Positions 48,786 to 59,715 of a DNA stretch of 64,000 nt are shown in pieces. Location of the stretch: the NCBI GenBank assembly GCA_963705505.1, contig CAVPJU010000010.1:416001-480000 (forward strand). The letters are read 5' to 3'. The position numbers were made by a program, and so were the translations under genes. How positions within the stretch are numbered: position 1 is the stretch's first letter; each line of letters opens with the position of its first letter. The stretch comes from an uncultured bacterium. GTDB taxonomy: Bacteria > Desulfobacterota_D > UBA1144 > Nemesobacterales > UBA2774. The notes under the pieces are model-generated. The model worked only from the letters and a program-made list of their open reading frames with translations, had not been told where the DNA came from and ran no database searches.

Positions 48786-50138
48786 ATGCCGAGACCCGAA
48801 CTCGCCGAACAAATATCTGCTGACCTGAATCAGGGAAAAATCCAAGAGATTAAAGACCTCCTGTCGGAGATCCACCCTTCGGAGATAGCGGACATTCTCC
48901 ATTCTCTAGACCCCGAAGAATACCAGAAAGTCCTCGAAGTGCTCGGCTCCGACACCGCTTCCGAAGTCATGCTGGAGCTCGAACCGGAGCAGAGGGAAGA
49001 AATCCTGGGCGAGCTCGACGCCGAAACAATCGCGGAAATCGTCGAAGAGATGGAATCCGACGACGCGGCCGACCTGATAGGAGAGCTGTCGGAGCAAACC
49101 GCAAGCGACGTGATGGCCAAAATGGACCCGGAGGATTTGAGGGACGTGGAACCGCTCCTCAAATACCCCGAGGACTCCGCAGGCGGCATAATGCAGACCG
49201 AGCTCGTGAAGGTCTCCGAAAAATTCACGGTTCGGGACACTATCAACTGGATAAGGCTCATCGCGGACGAGATACACGACTTTTACCTTATATATGTTAC
49301 CGACGAGAACGACAAGCTCCTCGGACAGATTTCCCTGAGCAAGCTCGTCCTCGCCACTCCGAGCTCGAGGGTTACGAATATCATGGAGCCGGTCGAACAT
49401 CAGGCGACACCCTACATGGACCAGGAGGAAGTCGCCAAAATTTTCCAGAAATACGGCATCCTGTCGCTACCCGTTATCGACGGGAAAGGCGTGCTCCTGG
49501 GCAGGATAACGGCTGACGACATCATGGACGTCGTAACCGAGGAAGCGTCCGAAGACATTCTTCAGATGGCAGGTCTGGGCGAAACCCTGCACCCGCTATT
49601 TACGCCGACCCGGAGCCAGATCAGACTCAGAATGCCCTGGCTTCTTCTGACTCTCTGCGGAGAGCTTTTTATAGCGTTTATAATAGTGTCCTCATTGAGA
49701 CCCGCGCTTGAAAAACTAGCCATACTCGCAGCTTTCATGCCCGCCATCATGGCGGTGGGCGGGAATGTGGGACTCCAGACAACCACCATCATCGTAAGAA
49801 GCCTTGGCATGGGGACTATCAGCGTGAAACAGATATTCAAAATAATTATTTCAGAGGTAAAGGTCGGGCTTTTTTTGGGTACGATTTGCGGACTAATAGC
49901 CGCCGTTATAGGAGGGCTGATAAGCCATACTCAGCCCGAGGCATTCAGGCTCGCGATCATCATCTTTATATCGATGGTTTCAGCCACTTTTGCGACCTCG
50001 ATCATCGGCGTAACGGAGCCTCTCATACTCTACAAGCTGAATTTCGATCCCGCGGGCGCGTCAGGGCCTTTCCTGACCATGTTTAACGACATTTTCGGCT
50101 CGACTTTTTACCTTCTAATCGCAATGCTCATTCTTTAG
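48786..50138 (+). CDS. mgtE: Magnesium transporter MgtE
   Basis: Acidic N-domain; CBS pair (SAGGIM..E, GRIT.DD); R.PWL, GGN.G.Q, DPA..S.PF....ND; ATG at 48786. Confidence 0.93.
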   Translation: MPRPELAEQISADLNQGKIQEIKDLLSEIHPSEIADILHSLDPEEYQKVLEVLGSDTASEVMLELEPEQREEILGELDAETIAEIVEEMESDDAADLIGELSEQTASDVMAKMDPEDLRDVEPLLKYPEDSAGGIMQTELVKVSEKFTVRDTINWIRLIADEIHDFYLIYVTDENDKLLGQISLSKLVLATPSSRVTNIMEPVEHQATPYMDQEEVAKIFQKYGILSLPVIDGKGVLLGRITADDIMDVVTEEASEDILQMAGLGETLHPLFTPTRSQIRLRMPWLLLTLCGELFIAFIIVSSLRPALEKLAILAAFMPAIMAVGGNVGLQTTTIIVRSLGMGTISVKQIFKIIISEVKVGLFLGTICGLIAAVIGGLISHTQPEAFRLAIIIFISMVSATFATSIIGVTEPLILYKLNFDPAGASGPFLTMFNDIFGSTFYLLIAMLIL

Positions 50139-50198
50139 GTAAATCCTCATACCGATTCACGCTCGTCCTGATCGATGAGACGGCAAACGATGTGCCGT

Positions 50199-51758
50199 CT
50201 ACTTGCTCAGATCCTTACATTTCTCGATCCCGCCCTGTGTGCAGAAAAACTGCGTGCATGAAATTACCATTTCGTAGTTATACGTATTCCCTTCCTTCCA
50301 GTCAGACATGCATTTATCGAGGACTCCCTTTTCCTTTGTCCCTTCGGAGTAGGCATTGGCCAGCTTATCGGTCTTATCCTTAGCGACCGCCCTGCTCTTC
50401 ATACATTTCTCCCGCTCGGGCTCAGTTTGATAATTTTCCTGACACCATGACTTTATATCGTCAACATGCACTTCCTCTTCCTTTAGCTCTTCCGGCACAC
50501 CGCCCGGAGGCGCGACCGCTACCTCCTGGTTCTCCGGTTCAGGCGCATTCCCGGCTGTGTTATCACCGGACGGCGTGACCTCCGCCGACTCATCCGTCTT
50601 TTGCCCGCCGGCCGCGGCTTCGGATGCGGGAGTTTCGGATTTCTCATTTCCTGCCGTCTGAGAATCCTGCGCTCCCGTATTGGCACTTGCCTGCTCCATT
50701 ATCTTTTGATTGAGCTTCTCGACCCTCTCCTTATCGGACATTTCTTCCGCAGGCTGAGGGGTCGGCTCTATCCCTTTTTCTTCCGTTTCGGCCACGGCTT
50801 TTTGCTCCGCAATTTCAGGGTTTTCCACGGCTTTCACTTCCTCGTTCTTCACGTCGGCGGGCTCGGATTTCAAAGCCTGACTTTCGGTCGCCGGCGGCTC
50901 GGTCGGCTGCAACGTTTCTTCCTTAACTTCTTCCTTAACGGTCGGAGACTCAGGGGCCTTCGGTTTAGACTCCGCATTTTCGGGCGCCTTTTCAACTTTA
51001 TTATCGGGAATTGCGACCGCGGATTTCTTCACGACCTGAGTTTCCTTCTCCGTTTTCACGTTTTTGGATATTTCCTTGATTACCTGCTCTTTCGTCTTTA
51101 CTTTGTGGGGCGGAGGTTCCGCATTAGCTCCCGTGACTTCGGCGCCGGTCTCCTCGGCAGCGCTTTCTCCATTCACCCCCGCTTCCGTTAAATCACCCTC
51201 TGTAATCTCTTCAGCCCTTTCCTGCCTGGCGGCAACAGCCACGGCAGACTTCAGGTTTTCGATCTCGTCATACGCCTTATTGAGGCTTACGACAGATTTG
51301 TTTAAATACACTCCGCCCTGACTCACGAGACTCTCCTTAACGCCGTAATCCTTATCCGTGCAAGCCTTATAGTAAAGCTCGAGCCCGGATAAATAGCCGC
51401 TCAGGGCCTGCATCGAATTCTCATGCACCGCTTCGAGCCGCGGCGGAGGGGTGAGCGAGCCGATCTCCTTCGCGAGTGAGTCGACTATTCCCCTGTAATC
51501 CGCAAATTTCGCCGCGCATTCTTCAGGAGGGGCCGACTGGAGCGGCAGCACAGAGGCGCTCACTTCGGAAGCCGTCTGCGAAAATTCGTAAAGTATAGGC
51601 GTGATATTTTTGAGATAAATCTGCTCCGCGGCGCTGTAAGCGCCCTGAGCAAGCGATTTGTCAGGGAACCCCGAGACTGTAAAAAACCAGATCAGAAAGA
51701 AAAGAGAGAATATAGAGATCCCGCTTTTCCATATTTTGCGAAAACGAAGCTTATACAT
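50199..51758 (-). CDS. Exported hypothetical protein: helical domain, long acidic linker, Cys-rich domain (paralog of 58454-59257)
   Basis: Signal peptide; IYL..ITPILYE, PPPR, LY.KACT and C...WK.GNTY.Y.MV..C shared with the 58454 gene. Confidence 0.8.
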   Translation of the reverse strand: MYKLRFRKIWKSGISIFSLFFLIWFFTVSGFPDKSLAQGAYSAAEQIYLKNITPILYEFSQTASEVSASVLPLQSAPPEECAAKFADYRGIVDSLAKEIGSLTPPPRLEAVHENSMQALSGYLSGLELYYKACTDKDYGVKESLVSQGGVYLNKSVVSLNKAYDEIENLKSAVAVAARQERAEEITEGDLTEAGVNGESAAEETGAEVTGANAEPPPHKVKTKEQVIKEISKNVKTEKETQVVKKSAVAIPDNKVEKAPENAESKPKAPESPTVKEEVKEETLQPTEPPATESQALKSEPADVKNEEVKAVENPEIAEQKAVAETEEKGIEPTPQPAEEMSDKERVEKLNQKIMEQASANTGAQDSQTAGNEKSETPASEAAAGGQKTDESAEVTPSGDNTAGNAPEPENQEVAVAPPGGVPEELKEEEVHVDDIKSWCQENYQTEPEREKCMKSRAVAKDKTDKLANAYSEGTKEKGVLDKCMSDWKEGNTYNYEMVISCTQFFCTQGGIEKCKDLSK

Positions 51759-52037
51759 AACATACTCCCAAAAGATCGAATTCCGTTATCCCCGTGCTCT
51801 TCGATGGCTCCTCAAAGAGCAGCGGATAATATTATAAAAGAACTGTAAACATTACTCTAGTAACTTTTGCCAATCGATAGACGGGCAGAACAAATGAACC
51901 CTGCAGATAAATGGTTTCGGCGGATTCCGGGAGATTGCCGGTATTCGAGCACTGCGTGTGTTTTTTAATTAAAACCAGCCGGAATTTTCACTAATCCGAT
52001 AGCCAAGCACCCGGTTTTTGGTAATAATATCAGTTTA

Positions 52038-52745
52038 ATGAAAAGCTCAGACGCCCTTTTACTGCGGAAGAGACCCTACGGCGACGCCGACTACATTCTC
52101 ACGCTCTTTACGCGGGAATTCGGCAAGATCAGCGGGCTTGCGAAGAACGCAAAGACGAGCAGGAAGCGTTTCGGCGGCAGGCTCGAACCGTTCGTCCTTT
52201 TCCGCGTGAGGTTCCGTGATAAACCCGGGGATATGAAATTCATAGAAGACGCGGAAACCGTCGAGGTGTTTCACCGGCTTATGGAAGACGTCGAGCTCTT
52301 TATGTGGGGGAGTTTTATAACCGAATCGGCGGACATACTGCTCCCGAAGGAATCCCCGAACGAGGATATGTTTAACCTCTTCGTCGATACGTTAAGGGAG
52401 CTCAACTCAGGGAAGAGCGCGCTGCCCGCCGTCCTCGGGTTTCAGCTCGGAGCGCTCGCGCTTTCGGGTTACACGCCCAGCCTGGATGTGTGTGCGGACT
52501 GCGGGAAGGCGCTTCAGGGAAAAGCTCACTTCAGCATCATGAAAGGAGGTACGGTCTGCGCTGACTGCGCCGGCGGCGCGCAGAACGGCGTAATCGTTTC
52601 AAGCAAATTTCTCCGCGATAAAGAATTAATGGAAATACATCTCGGGAAGGTGCTAAAATACATAAAACTCTTTCTGAGATTCACCGAATACCATACTGAA
52701 AAAAAATTGAATTCATCGAAGTTCATAGAGGAGCTAAAGATATGA
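52038..52745 (+). CDS. recO: DNA repair protein RecO
   Basis: D.I.TLFT...GKI...AK.A..S..RF.G.LEPF; C4 motif CADC...C..C. Confidence 0.92.
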   Translation: MKSSDALLLRKRPYGDADYILTLFTREFGKISGLAKNAKTSRKRFGGRLEPFVLFRVRFRDKPGDMKFIEDAETVEVFHRLMEDVELFMWGSFITESADILLPKESPNEDMFNLFVDTLRELNSGKSALPAVLGFQLGALALSGYTPSLDVCADCGKALQGKAHFSIMKGGTVCADCAGGAQNGVIVSSKFLRDKELMEIHLGKVLKYIKLFLRFTEYHTEKKLNSSKFIEELKI

Positions 52746-53920
52746 TAAGGGTTCCCGGATTCGCCGGAAGCGGCATATCGTGCGGAATAAAAAAGAGAGG
52801 AAAGAAAGACCTTGCCCTGATCTTCTCGGAAAAACCGGCAAGAGCGGCAGGGGTGTTTACACTGAATATTGTAAAAGCGCCTCCGGTGATCCTGGGAATG
52901 GAGCGAATAAAAAGCGGATACTGCCAGGCGGTATTGATAAACAGCGGAGTCGCGAACGCATTCACCGGTAAAGCAGGGTTGAAAGCCGCGGTACTGACGA
53001 CTCAGTACGTCGCAAAAGAGCTCGGAATCGACGAGTCTCTTGTCATCCCTTCCTCAACGGGGGTCATAGGAGGACAGCTCCCGACGGATAAAATAGAGAA
53101 AGCCGCCCCTCGTCTCGTCTCGGAACTGAGAGAGGACGGGCTCTCGGACGCGGCGGAGGCGATAATGACTACGGATGCGTTCCCCAAGTACGCACTCACC
53201 AAGGTCGGCATAGGCGGAAGGACGGGAACCGTATGCGTCATCGGAAAGGGAGCGGGGATGATAATGCCCAACATGGCTACGATGCTCGCATACATCCTCA
53301 CCGACATCAACGTGGACAAGCGGACGATATCAAAAGCGCTCAGGAACTCGGTCTATAACTCCTTCAACAAGATTATAGTGGACGGGGATACCTCCACGAA
53401 CGATACGGTGCTCATGCTTGCGAACGGGAAGCTCGGAAACACCGCAATAGGTGTGACAGGAACGTTATACAGGAAATTCGAGCAGGCGGTGACGGAAACA
53501 GCAACGGAAGTTGCCGAGCTGATAGTGAAGGACGGAGAGGGCGCGACGAAGACAGTAAGGATAATCGTGAAGGGAGCGAAGTCGGAGAAGGACGCTGAGA
53601 ATATCGCGCGGACGATAGGCACGTCGCTGCTTGTAAAGAGCGCTCTCTACGGAGAGGACCCGAACTGGGGAAGGATAGTGGCCGCTGCCGGGAGAGCTGG
53701 AGTGGATTTCAACCCCGACAGGCTCGACCTCTATTTCGGAGAGCACAAGGTTTTGAGCAATTCGAGAGAGGTGATGGATGAGGGCAAAGCCCTTGAAATC
53801 ATGAAGACTCCTAAATTCTCGATCACGCTTGACCTCAAGACCGGAAAGAAGGCTTCGTTCGTAATCACGAGCGATATCACGTACGACTATCTAAAGATAA
53901 ACGCGCATTATAGGACATAG
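52742..53920 (+). CDS. argJ: Ornithine acetyltransferase / N-acetylglutamate synthase
   Basis: NSG.ANA.TG, STGVIG, IMTTD, KGAGMI.PNMATML, DGDTSTND, DGEGATK, DPNWGR. Confidence 0.96.
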   Translation: MIRVPGFAGSGISCGIKKRGKKDLALIFSEKPARAAGVFTLNIVKAPPVILGMERIKSGYCQAVLINSGVANAFTGKAGLKAAVLTTQYVAKELGIDESLVIPSSTGVIGGQLPTDKIEKAAPRLVSELREDGLSDAAEAIMTTDAFPKYALTKVGIGGRTGTVCVIGKGAGMIMPNMATMLAYILTDINVDKRTISKALRNSVYNSFNKIIVDGDTSTNDTVLMLANGKLGNTAIGVTGTLYRKFEQAVTETATEVAELIVKDGEGATKTVRIIVKGAKSEKDAENIARTIGTSLLVKSALYGEDPNWGRIVAAAGRAGVDFNPDRLDLYFGEHKVLSNSREVMDEGKALEIMKTPKFSITLDLKTGKKASFVITSDITYDYLKINAHYRT

Positions 53921-53994
53921 GTATTCTTTGCATATTCCCATCCGAAAAAAACGACGAGATAACAGGATAAAAATGAGAACCTGAATCGGGCCTG

Positions 53995-54140
53995 CCCTGA
54001 AGTTGATTCAGGGTTCGGATGGCGCCCTTCGACAGGCTCAGGACAGGCGGGCTCGACTTCATTTGTTGCCATCAGCATATGAGCAACGAAGAACCCTTAT
54101 ATGATATGTGCGCAGATTCTGCGCCTCACGGCAAACGGGC
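53995..54140. repeat. REP-like palindrome cluster between convergent argJ and pyrD
   Basis: ccctga..tcaggg hairpin and cccttcgacaggctcaggacagg at 54025-54047. Confidence 0.7.
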
Positions 54141-54179
54141 TAAGGGTAGAATCGTCTTAAACTAGAATTTCTGCGACCC

Positions 54180-55284
54180 CTACTTCCCCGCGGCGATGCC
54201 GACTAATTCATCGAGCGACTTTACACCTTCCCTCTCCATAAAGTCCACGATCCCCCTGTTGATCCTCCCCGCTACTGTCGTCCCCTCACCCCGGATAGCG
54301 GTCACGATTTGAAGCGCCCTGGCGCCCGCCCTAATCTTCTCGAGCGCGGTTTCGGCGTCTTTAATCCCGCCGACCCCGATTATCTCGAGCTTATCCCCCG
54401 CCTGCCTGTATATGTGAGCGACCTTTTCAGTAGTCATTTTTCTGTAATCCTCATCGTCACCGCTGAGCCCGCCCGGCTGGCCCCTCCACTTCTCCCCGTA
54501 TTTCGCCTTCATTTCGGGAATGTCAGCGGTATTGGCAGCGATTATACCGGTGATCGAGTGTTCGACCGCAACTTCCAGTATGTCGTCTACTTCCTTCGAA
54601 GCTGAGCTCAGGCGCGATCTTCACGAATAGCGGCTTCCTACCGCCCTCCCCTTCCATTGCATCGTTGACGGCCTGAATGATATCCCTCTTCCTCCCCTTC
54701 TCATGGAGCATCCGGAGACCCGGCGTATTGGGGGAGCTTACGTTTATAGCGAAGTAATCGGCGTAGCCGTAGAGCCTTCTTGCGACCGCGGCGTGAGCTT
54801 CGGGGGAATCGTCGTGTGGTACGTCCCTGTTCATGCCTATGCTTATACCGATCCTCACTGGCGCGCCTTCATATCTGCTCAGGTTCTTCGCCACTACGTC
54901 CATGCCCGGGCTATTGAACCCGAGCCAGTTTATAGCGACCCCGGGAGATACCATGAACTGCCTCGGCCTGGGGTTCCCGGGCTGCCTGTATTCCAGCACC
55001 GAGCCCACTTCGACGCCCGCGAACCCGAGATGCCATAAGCCCATCAGGGCACGCCCCGATTTGTCCCAACCGGCACCCACGATCAGCGGATTGTCGAATT
55101 CGACGCCTCCCAAGGTCGTACGGAGCCTTTTGTCGGTAAACCTCTCGTGTCCGTCCGCGAAAAGCTCGACGAGCTTTAGAGTGATAGGAGTTAATTCGGC
55201 AAAATGAAGGGATTCCCTTGCGATATTGTGGAAGGTTTCGGAATCGAGCCTGTCGAGGACAGGCCTTATTATTTCTTTATACAT
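54180..55284 (-). CDS. pyrD: Quinone-dependent dihydroorotate dehydrogenase (+1 frameshift near 54595)
   Basis: [34 protein letters not shown]; shifted frame continues ..ANT..GGLSG..IIGVGGI..GA. Confidence 0.92.
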
Positions 55285-56376
55285 TGAACCTGAAAAGGAG
55301 TATGTCTCCGTCTTTTACCACATATTCCTTTCCCTCAGACCTCATCTTTCCTGCTTCCTTCAGCGCTGCCTCGGAGCCCGCAGCAATGAAATCTTCGTAG
55401 CTGCCGTCTCGGCCCTTATAAAACCCCTCTCGAAGTCAGAGTGTATGACTCCGGCCGCCTGAGGCGCCTTCGCTCCGGACTTTACTGTCCATGCCCTAAC
55501 TTCCTTGGGCCCCTGCGTGAAATATGTGATTATTCCAAGTTTATGATAAGCGACCTTGGCCAGCCTGTCGAGACCGGAGCTCTCGAGCCCGAGATCTTTA
55601 AGGAACATCTTCTTCTCCTCGTACGGCAGCTCGGCTATTTCAGCCTCGATCTTCGCCGAAAGCACGATAACCTCTGACTCGTCCTTCTCGGCATATTCCC
55701 TCACCTTCCGCACCTCTTCGTTCCCCGTGGCGTCCGGTATATCCCCTTCCCCGACGTTGCACACGTAGAGGACCGGTATCCTCGTCAGGAGGTACATCTC
55801 CCTCACGACCTTAGCGGATTCCTCGTCGAGGGGGAAGCTCCTGACCTTGTTCCCGTTCTCGACATGCTCTCTCAGCCGCGTCACTACATCGAGCATCTCT
55901 TTCATCTTCTTATCCCCGCTCTTGGCCTGCGACTGGAGCCTCTCCTCGCGCTTCTCTATCGTCTCAAGGTCTTTTAAGATGAGCTCGTCCTCTATTATAT
56001 GAATATCCCGCAAGGCGTCCGTAGAGCCCTCGACGTGCATGACGTTATCGTCCTCGAAGCAGCGCACGGTATGGAGTATGAGGTCCACTTCCCTGATACT
56101 GGCGAGGAACGCGTTCCCCTTGCCCTTGCCTTCGGATGCGCCCTTCACGAGACCGGCGATGTCCACGACTTCCAGGTAGCTGGGCGTAATTTTCTGGGGT
56201 TTTACCAGAGCTGCCAGCTTGTAGAGCCTCTCGTCAGCTACCGGTATTACACCCACGTTGTCTTCTATCGTGGTGAAGGGAAAGTTCCCGACCTCGGCTC
56301 CCGCGTTCGTGAGCGCATTAAAAAGTGTGGACTTCCCGACATTGGGAAGGCCTACGATTCCGCATTTTAGTCCCAT
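55277..56376 (-). CDS. ychF: Redox-regulated ATPase YchF (-1 frameshift near 55405)
   Basis: [43 protein letters not shown]; shifted frame ends [11 protein letters not shown]...FRFNV-stop. Confidence 0.95.
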
Positions 56377-56500
56377 AATTTTAATTTATACCTTTATTTG
56401 AGATATTGTACAGGTAAGGAAAAACTGCTGATAAGCTACCTCAACGAAAAGCGCAGTCAAGGAAAGGAGGTTTGTTTACATAGATGAATCGCCTGAAGAA

Positions 56501-56706
56501 GAGATTGCTTCGCTCGCAGCTCGCAATGACAAAAAAATGAGTACATCCTTCGACGGGGCTCAGGATGAACGGATTAAAAAATTAAATCCACCTATTTTGG
56601 TTTCGGGGATGCACTGCCTGAAGTTAAGGGACGTTGGTGCTATTTACGTAATGGCGTCCAGTTCTTGCGCTTGCTCAGAACCGTACCCTCCTTTACGAAA
56701 GGAGGG
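56501..56706. repeat. REP-like palindrome cluster (three element types)
   Basis: gagattgcttcg..ctcgcaatgaca 56501-56531; atccttcgacggggctcaggatgaacgg 56545-56572; ccctccttt-acg-aaaggaggg 56686-56706. Confidence 0.75.
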
Positions 56707-56775
56707 AATCAAAGACAAAAAGACCGGACCGAATTACACATTGAGGGTATGAGGATATATAGTACGCGATCCCCC

Positions 56776-57243
56776 CTATTGAGCAGTCTCCGGGCACGGG
56801 CTTTCATCGAGGTTGAACCAGATGGTCTTGTGGCCGCCGTCGCTATTCCCCGTTTCGTAAAATAAAATATAATGGATTTCCTCATGCCTTAGGGCCCTGA
56901 TGAACGTCTCTTTGTCCAAACCGTCCAGGATCGCTATCTCGTCCTTAGTCTGGCACGCGACCAGGTGATCGGGCGGTATGTCGCCGCACGTGAGGTCTTT
57001 CCTTATAGTTATTTCCTTAACTATGGCCACGTCCGTCGCATCGAGGTCCTCTATATCGTCCCTGGCCTTACTCTCCGTCTCCATGCAATCAGCCTGGTCG
57101 TTCCAAATGGCGATCTCTTCATCCGTGAGAGCCCTCCTCTCCACTACCTCTCCGTGGATCGGGTTTGATCCCGAATCGCCCGTGTCGATGCACCCGGCTA
57201 AAATTACAGTAAAGAAGACCGATGTAAGTGCAATGTATTTCAT
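56776..57243 (-). CDS. Lipoprotein with a HExxH zincin-like motif
   Basis: LAGC lipobox; LRHEEIH followed by a downstream His; GAGGTG SD. Confidence 0.65.
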   Translation of the reverse strand: MKYIALTSVFFTVILAGCIDTGDSGSNPIHGEVVERRALTDEEIAIWNDQADCMETESKARDDIEDLDATDVAIVKEITIRKDLTCGDIPPDHLVACQTKDEIAILDGLDKETFIRALRHEEIHYILFYETGNSDGGHKTIWFNLDESPCPETAQ

Positions 57244-57437
57244 AATCCCCACCTCGTCCAATCAATATATCCCAACAGCCTTTAATTTCCAGTAGCTAAA
57301 AATCATCATATCGCTATCTCCGAAGGGGGGTCGGATTTCCATGTCTTAACCGCACACGATCGCCCCGCTTTATTTTTCTTCCGTTGATTTTATGAACACG
57401 TCCCTATGCCGGCGTCCTCGAATATTTCCAAAACCCA

Positions 57438-57466
57438 TTGACGCGGTGAAGCACCTGAAGCATAAT
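57438..57466 (+). promoter_or_regulatory. Probable sigma70 promoter
   Basis: TTGACG, 17-nt spacer, CATAAT. Confidence 0.55.
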
Positions 57467-57592
57467 CTCGGAAATAGGGACACGGCGCGCAGTATTCCCG
57501 TTCGCAACGGAACCGATACAGGGCGAAAGATAGTTAAAGAGGGGAAATGGAGCGCCTGTATCGTCCTGATTTCGAGCAAAAGGAGATGTGAA

Positions 57593-58127
57593 ATGAGTCC
57601 TAGAGTCAGAAAATCTCTAAACCAGCTCTCCCGTGTATTCCTCCTGACCCTCGTTCTCGGGGTCGGAGGGCTTGCCGTATCCCCGCCGCACGCGTCGGCT
57701 GCCGGCGGGACGGCAAAGGGGACAATAAAGATTAAAGGACAAGACGGTTGAGCTTAAATACGCGTACCTCGTCAAGGGACCCGACAGTTTCGATCCGAGT
57801 AAGACCATAAGCACGATCATCATTACACCGAACGACATCAGCCAGAAAATCTCCGAATGCCAGAGCGCCTCATGCGCCGGAGGTATCACCGAGGGCATGA
57901 CCCTCGGGAAAGAGGATTTCGGGAGCACGACGAGGGTAGTTTACTGGGTCGTCACGAAAGACGGGATGATGCAGTATTCGGGGAATACAAACGTTTCGGC
58001 GCTCGTTCTCAGCACCGACAAGCCGGACAGGATGGCGGGCAAGTTCAGCGTCGATGATTCGCCGGCGGACGGGCCCAAGATAGACGCCGAGTTCGACGCG
58101 CCGCTCGCGAAGGAGTTCAAGGAATAG
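57593..58127 (+). CDS. Exported hypothetical protein (+1 frameshift near 57742)
   Basis: AGGAG SD; signal ending HASA; shifted frame TVELKYAYLVKGPD... runs into the 57897 ORF. Confidence 0.7.
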
Positions 58128-58453
58128 CACGATGTGCCGGAAGGGAGGAAAGTTGAATACCGCTCCGGCAGTTAATGGATTGCGGGGGAAATCACATCGG
58201 ACTGCACGATAAAGGCGGTTCTTCCGGACGGATATTCCGGAATATGACGCCGGCTACGCCCGATTAACGAACAAATCGCGCAGGAAACACGCTCCTGACT
58301 GTTAATTTTCCAGGGTGCTGTTCATGGGCAGTAATTCTTAATTAATAAAATTAAGCTTAGAAGTTGCCTCATAATCATGTAATTTATTTCTAACGAAAAT
58401 TCCGGCGAGCCTTGCGGCCCAGTCCGGAAAATCGACAGGAGGTATTAAACGCG

Positions 58454-59257
58454 ATGAATATTTCGACCCGACCAATTAATAAATTTATTCTTTCAATCTT
58501 CGTTTTCTCCGTAATTGCTGCTTTCTCATTCGATCCGTTCACCGCCGGTGTAGCTCAAGCCGTCGTCTATAATAATGTTGTCTATAATAATAAGGAGAAG
58601 ATATACCTTAGAGACATCACCCCGATACTCTACGAGCTCTCGGAGGTGGGCAAAACGGTGAGCGCGAAGGCCGTAAGTCTTCAGAATTCAACCCCGGAGG
58701 TGTGTTCTCACGAGTTCGGCTACTACCAGGGGATAGTGGAATCAATGAGGGTGCGGCTGAACAGCATACCCCCTCCCCCCAGAATGGTGAACGTCCAGTC
58801 AACGGCGCTGCTCGCTATAGGGGACTACATAAGCGGACTCGACCTCTACGAAAAAGCGTGTACTGAAGATGACTACAGCCTGAAATCCAAGATGGGCTAC
58901 GACGGAAGGCAGAGGATAATAAACGCTGATGTAAAGATCAGGCAGGTTAACAGCTTGATCATGAACCCCGTGCCGAAGCCTCCGGTAGCGGCAGCTGCCG
59001 CCGCCGAGAACAAGATCCAGCAGATGTGCGCGTCCACCTGGCCCGCAGACCAGAGAATGCAGGACTACTGTATAAAAAACCAGACCGAAGCCCTAAGCAA
59101 GCTGAGTAAAATGGCGAGTATGTACGCTCAGGGCTCGAGAGAAAGGCAGGTGATGCAAAGCTGCAGCTCCACCTGGAAAAAGGGGAACACCTACGATTAC
59201 CGGATGGTCGTTTTCTGCATCGAGAATGTGCTGGGGAAACAGGCCATACCTCAATAG
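58454..59257 (+). CDS. Exported hypothetical protein (short-linker paralog of 50199-51758)
   Basis: AGGAGG SD; signal ending AQA; same two domains as the 50199 gene. Confidence 0.8.
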   Translation: MNISTRPINKFILSIFVFSVIAAFSFDPFTAGVAQAVVYNNVVYNNKEKIYLRDITPILYELSEVGKTVSAKAVSLQNSTPEVCSHEFGYYQGIVESMRVRLNSIPPPPRMVNVQSTALLAIGDYISGLDLYEKACTEDDYSLKSKMGYDGRQRIINADVKIRQVNSLIMNPVPKPPVAAAAAAENKIQQMCASTWPADQRMQDYCIKNQTEALSKLSKMASMYAQGSRERQVMQSCSSTWKKGNTYDYRMVVFCIENVLGKQAIPQ

Positions 59258-59289
59258 AATGAAACCCCCTCAGTGTTAAGGAGGAATCC

Positions 59290-59649
59290 ATGCTCGAAGT
59301 AATCCCGTTCGGGGAGGGGAACATAATCGGGTTCCGCCTCAAGGGAAAGATAGAGGACAATGAATTCGACGAAATCGTGAGGACCATGGAGGAGAGGCTC
59401 AAGGAGCATAAGAAGCTCAGGATTTACGCCGAGATAGAGGAGTTCAAGGGCATGTCCGTCAACACCTTCATGAAGGACATCCATTACAGCCTCAAACACT
59501 GGAGGGACTTTGACAAGGAAGCCGTCGTCTCCGACAAGGGCTGGCTCAAGACCTGGGTCGAGATCGCGGGGAGCTTATTCCCCGGCATCGAGGTAAAGCA
59601 CTTCTCGTTCGAGGAGAAGGAAAAGGCGAAGGAATGGGTGAGGGGGTGA
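59290..59649 (+). CDS. SpoIIAA-like (STAS/SEC14) domain protein
   Basis: G.I...........E, AVV.D..W and F...E...A..W pattern. Confidence 0.85.
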   Translation: MLEVIPFGEGNIIGFRLKGKIEDNEFDEIVRTMEERLKEHKKLRIYAEIEEFKGMSVNTFMKDIHYSLKHWRDFDKEAVVSDKGWLKTWVEIAGSLFPGIEVKHFSFEEKEKAKEWVRG

Positions 59650-59715
59650 GTATTAAATAGCTAAATTACAGTCCGAATAAATACTGATGTAAACATTACC
59701 GAAATTTTTACTCCC

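Noticed and set aside
54180..56376. pyrD and ychF as pseudogenes or recoded genes
   Set aside because: Single indels with intact halves and no slippery motifs, matching the window-wide error pattern
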